A stretch of 64,000 bases of DNA from Daphnia carinata. Lineage: Eukaryota. How positions within the stretch are numbered: the first letter of the stretch is position 1; each line of letters opens with the position of its first letter. Made by a program: the position numbers and the translations under genes. Positions 63,101 through 64,000 of the stretch are shown piece after piece. The notes beneath the pieces were generated by a model that saw nothing but the letters and a program-made list of their open reading frames with translations, was not told the origin of the DNA and ran no database searches. The stretch lies in NCBI RefSeq assembly GCF_022539665.2, contig NC_081331.1, forward strand, positions 8,680,001-8,744,000. The letters are read 5' to 3'.

Positions 63101-64000
63101 GCTAAAAGATTCTTCGACAACACCGTCTTCTAACATCTCTTCAATCTTTCCCGCAATAATCTGACGTTCGAACGCTGATACCCTATATGGCGCAGACTTC
63201 ACCGGACAAGCATCCCCCGTGTCAATATGATGCTCAACTTTAGTGGTTTGCCCAATTTCTCTTTGACGTCGGGAAGCATTCTGGTCGACGTTCAAGCATA
63301 CCCAGAAGTTTCTCTACTTGATCAGAGTCTAGTCCCTCCCCAATATTAACTTGAGTGGTGAATTTGGCTTCATCATGTGCTGGAAGAACGGTGGCACAAA
63401 TCTCAGAATCCCTGTCTGTCAAAGTAGACAGCATGGCGTCGTCGTTCACTTTAACGGCACAAAAGAAATGCCGTCGCCTCAGTTTCAACTCCACAGGGGA
63501 ATAATTCACAAGGGGTATCTCTGTCAGTCCTCTATTTACCGTCACTACACTGGCTGGTATCACCCACTCCTTCCCCGGCCTTGAACAACAATTAAACTTG
63601 ACGAAAGCCGTACCAGAGACATCTGACGACAATCTTCCCTTCACAAAGACTAGCGAGTTGGGCGGAACTACCTGATGTCCATCTGCCTTAACTGGCATTC
63701 ATCCACGTCGTTTCGAAGGCGATTCCTCCGCGAAAGACTCTTCATTCGAAATCTTCTTCATTAATCCCCTCTTCCTCCAAAAATGTTTCCTCTCTGCTGC
63801 TTTCCTCGATAATTATGTGCACCTCTTCCGCCCATCGCACTCTCTTTTTCTCCTTCTTCAAAACTTCCTCTACCCCCTTGCCTTCGCCGTCTTCGATTTC
63901 CCTGTTTCCTTTATTTAAATTTCCCTCAATTAACCCTATTTCCTCCCCCCTTACACCTTTCCCCGTTACGTTACTCTCCCCCCTTAGTAGATCTAACTCC
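60120..64000 (-). mobile_element. pol: Gypsy LTR retrotransposon internal region (pol, frameshifted); continues beyond the window
   Basis: RT (SPWSSPV, CIDFRRLN, YPLPRIDD, YLDD), RNase H (TDAS, ELECLAV, TDSSA), integrase (GIDHLG, ISDQG, LVER, GPF). PPT AAGGCAGGGGAGG at ~60135-60123, followed by TTT-TG at 60119. Confidence 0.92.

Overview
Eukaryotic (arthropod) genomic DNA. The very short introns (about 50-90 nt) and the TE repertoire suggest a branchiopod crustacean such as Daphnia; this is inference. The left third holds two intact spliced genes: ALG1 beta-1,4-mannosyltransferase (1575-3443) and a ~2,220-aa secreted chitinase-like protein (degenerate GH18, two tandem CBM14 domains, a long Tyr/Pro/Ala repeat and mucin-like stalk, and a C-terminal CBM14; 14293-22070). 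From ~23 kb on, the window is a nested transposon graveyard. It contains CCC...GGG, Tc1/mariner-like and MULE DNA elements, a tRNA-headed SINE-like element and five Gypsy-type LTR elements; a hAT-type MITE also lies at the far left of the window. It also holds a degenerate ARMC4/ODAD2-like gene split by a 12.8-kb three-level nested insertion, one small intact secreted DOMON gene, and a four-tRNA cassette. Most notable: (i) the tRNA cassette (Tyr-Pro-Leu-Arg; no T4 terminator in the Tyr-Pro or Pro-Leu spacers) lies between the polypurine tract of a minus-strand Gypsy and the breakpoint where another Gypsy is cut, so it is plausibly inside an LTR; (ii) a full-length Gypsy carries a class III (rhabdovirus/chuvirus/gB-like) envelope gene plus a fourth zinc-knuckle ORF; (iii) outward-facing tRNA-like A/B-box modules are embedded in several MITE families; (iv) a covarying hairpin array sits in a Gypsy leader. 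All assignments were made by eye, without database searches.
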